A DNA stretch of 64,000 bases from Marsupella aquatica (Eukaryota > Plantae > Marchantiophyta). The stretch is from positions 18,758,457-18,822,456 of the forward strand of contig OZ316897.1 in NCBI GenBank assembly GCA_973895155.1, in the 5' to 3' direction. The translations under genes and the position numbers were made by a program. Shown one piece after another: positions 60,801 to 64,000 of this stretch (positions are counted from its first letter, which is position 1; the number at the start of each line of letters is the position of its first letter). The notes beneath the pieces are model-generated. The model was not told the DNA's origin, ran no database searches, and worked only from the letters and a program-made list of their open reading frames with translations.

Positions 60801-62950
60801 AATGACTTGAATCGTAATATGGAAAAAGGTTCATCATGATTTTATCTCAAGACATTTAAGTCTAATTTTTTCACAAGACTATTTTACATGGTGTAACCTA
60901 CCTTACCATGTAGATACATCAAGTTTTCAACTGTTTTAAGGGATCATGTTATTGATGGCCTTACATAAGCCAAAATTATTGATTATTTTTGTTTTGTACA
61001 TAAAGGTTTAGTGTGTGTCACTATTTAAGTTTTGAAATATAAGATTATGCTATTAGTATGCATGCTTTGGTAAAATTTCATTGTCTAAAATACATTTTTT
61101 AGAGTCATTTTGAGTCCTTAAATGATGTGACCCGTTGCGTGACAAGTCCTTTTATCAATCTTTGAAGGACATATAAGAAAATCTTTAAAGTCTCAAATGC
61201 TAGATAATTTAATGAATGTTACCAACCTATAGGATGTTTATTAAGTATAGTACATCAAATTTTCTATATCATCTCATTACACCCTAAAAATGATATCCTA
61301 AAGCATAATAAACTATGGTCACTTTTGAGTGTGACATTCCTTTTGGGTCCTATAATTGTGAATGAGGCCCCATGGCAGCTAGTTGTTGCTCCAATTGAGC
61401 AATTTTAGCATCCTTTGGATCTATGGTTATAGCAGGGGCAACGTCACCTCCCTATCTCTATGCATGTGGCATGTCACGACCACGTCCACCACCTCTACCT
61501 CCTCCTCCTCTTCCCTGATCATGTGTACGGGATCCTCCTCTCTGTAACTCAAGATGGAGTGAGAAACACCTATCCTTGATGTGTCAAGGAGCTCCACAAT
61601 GATCACACTGTCGCTGATCAGGCGCTGATGCTCCCCTTGATCCTCTATGATCTGGGCAATATTTCTGTGCATGATCCCCACCACAGGCCCAACATCCTGA
61701 CTGTTGTCCAGCATAAGAGGGCACAGGTCTCCGGTTGGTAGACTCTTGTGTAGTAGGCTTCTTCCTTTGGCTCTTCCGTGCAATAGGCTATGGTGTGGAT
61801 GTAGATGCAACCTTTGGTGCTTCCTTGGCAAATCTGGAAGTCACCACTTTCTCATTCATCATATTGAGCTCAATGCGCTCATAAAAGGGTAAAAACAATC
61901 GCTAATATGGGATCTGCATCCAAGAGTGACATCTCTCACTCTACGTCACAATTCTCTATCCAGAATTGCATACCAAAACTGGACTGCCTGAGCCTCTGTC
62001 ACTCCCTTGGTGATAGTGATCAATCTGTGCATACGAGTGTATGCCTCACGTAGACTCTCTCCAGTCTTTTGCTGGAACTCCTCGAGACCCTTCAACTTAT
62101 CAATTCTCACACCCTGATAGTTCTGCTTCAGTACCTCAAAGAATTCCACCATAGGATTAAATGCTGGTGCAACTCTTGTCCATATCACAATCATACCGGC
62201 AGGAGTAGCGGTGGATGTTGTTGGAGTGCTACTGGTGGATGGTGTGCCACTCTGGCTAGTGCTGCTAGAAGAAGCAGTAGTTGTGGCAATGGATTGGGTA
62301 GCCGCACTAGTGCCATAGGTGATGGATACGTAATTAGGCGATCAATGCTACCTCCATACCTCAATCTCAACCAAAGGAGCCTTCCAAAACTCATGGTAAT
62401 CATCCATGGGTGGCCCCTCCAAATGCTGAAATAATCCCTTCTATGCCATGAAAGGGGTAAACAAAGTGGCGTTATGTTGCAATGTCTGCATATCGCACCA
62501 CGTATCAAACTCCTGGATGAAGTCATCCAGATCAATTGTACCAACTGCACCAGAGTATCGTCGTGGGCCCTTTGTAGCCCCGTACATCTCTTCCATATCC
62601 CACAACAAAGGTGCAATCACCTGATGACAAGGAGAATTGGTCACAGAGTCCTTGTCAGAATCACTGTCTGAAGCTATGCTGCTGACTACTACCAATGTCA
62701 TTGGCCAAAACTACGCCCCACTCTGAGTGAAACTGGTCTGTCGTCCATCGGGTAACCCAGTAACACCAGAAGAATCCGTGGTGACCAACCTAATCTAATT
62801 TGTCCCTATCAACACCACAAGCACTCACCATGGTGTGTTGGGCATCACTCCAACATCACCAAGAGAGAAATACGTAGCATAACTTAGAATGTCCGGTTGC
62901 AAACCCGGATCACTCCTATAGAATTGAGCGCCCACGCCAAACCAACATGG
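57900..62950 (-). mobile_element. Decayed Ty3/Gypsy retrotransposon: gag (two zinc knuckles), truncated RT, RNase H, integrase, PHD finger
   Basis: Gag DLDDFIQEFDTWCD; knuckles CWACGGDHAQKYC and CDHCGAP*HIKDRC; RT tail LHPGKCKFFQDQIEYLGH; RNase H IVAYASR...YSSYERECLAAVW...TDHQPLKW; integrase HEELGHFG..CVVC, WSLDFAGPLP, LTDQGTEF; RT-RH-INT order; many stops. Confidence 0.93.
60770..61352. mobile_element. AT-rich insertion inside the Gypsy element (MITE-like)
   Basis: Abrupt compositional shift that breaks the gag-pol coding text; loosely inverted ends aggactgaaaaacatg / cattccttttgggtcct. Confidence 0.5.
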
Positions 62951-64000
62951 CGCAAAAATAGGAAGCATGTGTGGAGAGGAACAACCCCTGGGCCCTCAGT
63001 CTTAACTAATATGTGGAGGATGTGCGAACGCTCAAAGGGTAGTTTTTATTCATTTTGAACTAATAATTATAATTATTACCGGTAACAAGGGAACTTTTAA
63101 TGATAAAATGGAAATAACAAGGGGTAAACACGAAAAGGGCCCGATCGCAGGGGGTCCACTTCTTTTACATGGAGTGAGGGCCCAGGGCCAACAACAAGAA
63201 GCGGATATACCACAATTCTTCACACCAAAAGTAATTACAACTCCATACCATAATGTTCATAAGGTTCAAAGAAGAGCCTTCATAATAGGCTTTGCAATGA
63301 CACTCCAATGTTGTAGATGAGAATCAAGGCAAAATTGATTCAATCTATGGATCTAGATGGACTCAAAAGTATCAAAAACCTTGTAACAACTTTTGATTTG
63401 GCCTAGAATAGGGCTCTAAACAAATCGGGAAGTGTATAAAGCTCCATGGAGCTTGAATCTAGACAACAAGTTGAGAAAGCTTGTGTGTACACAAGGTGTG
63501 ATAAGAACCTGCTAGTTAAGCGCTCGCGTCTGGGAATAGCCTTGGGATGGGTGACCTTGCGCTTTGCCTTGCGCTCGTGACTTGGAATAGTCCGGGGATG
63601 GGTGCATGACCTTGCAATTTGCCTTATGCGCGCATAGTTGCATGTGTGCACAAAATAGAAGTCATCGGGTTCAGAAACGGCAACATTTGCGACTTGAAAA
63701 CAACAATTTCCTTCACAAAAATGTCATCCGACAGAATATACAATTTGGCAACATCGGCCCTCAATCCCTTCACAAAAAATGCAACTTCAGGGTCGTCGAT
63801 GATTCACAATCGTTGACAGTGCTCTTTCGCACCTCCGTCATCAACGCCGCTACAAATCCAGCAACATTGCGAATGTTTCTTACTGAAAACAACAGATCGA
63901 TGCAGGAACACAGTCAAACATATATCTCCAATCAGGTTTTCGTAGGTCAACAACTTGCTATCAGATCTGGCAATGTCTGAACTTGGAAGGAGCAATTTCC

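Noticed and set aside
63400-64000. Coding-like sequence at the window end
   Set aside because: Stops in the frames examined and no family recognised; truncated by the window edge

Overview
This is eukaryotic plant nuclear DNA. It is most likely from a bryophyte or liverwort, inferred from the gene families, GT-AG introns and transposon types. The window is gene-poor and repeat-rich. Three ORFs are intact and intronless: a divergent NSF AAA+ ATPase (+, ~36-2669), a VQ-motif protein (-, 8452-9822) and a degenerate-F-box/Kelch protein (-, 44818-46230). Two frameshifted genes are split across frames in the ORF track: a five-exon plastid LPAT1/ATS2 acyltransferase (-, 31712-34233) and an intronless RBX1/ROC1-like RING-H2 gene with a tandemly amplified N-terminal tail (-, 36536-37126). 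The rest holds non-autonomous Helitron-like elements with AAGATGTC minisatellites, LINE remnants, a MITE enclosing a tRNA-like Pol III cassette, tandem arrays, a miRNA-like hairpin, and a decayed Ty3/Gypsy element whose integrase ends in a PHD finger. The most notable signals are the NSF copy with remodelled pore loops and a triplicated linker, the hidden RBX1-like gene near an F-box/Kelch gene, and the PHD-tipped integrase. All calls come from reading the sequence by eye; no searches were run.
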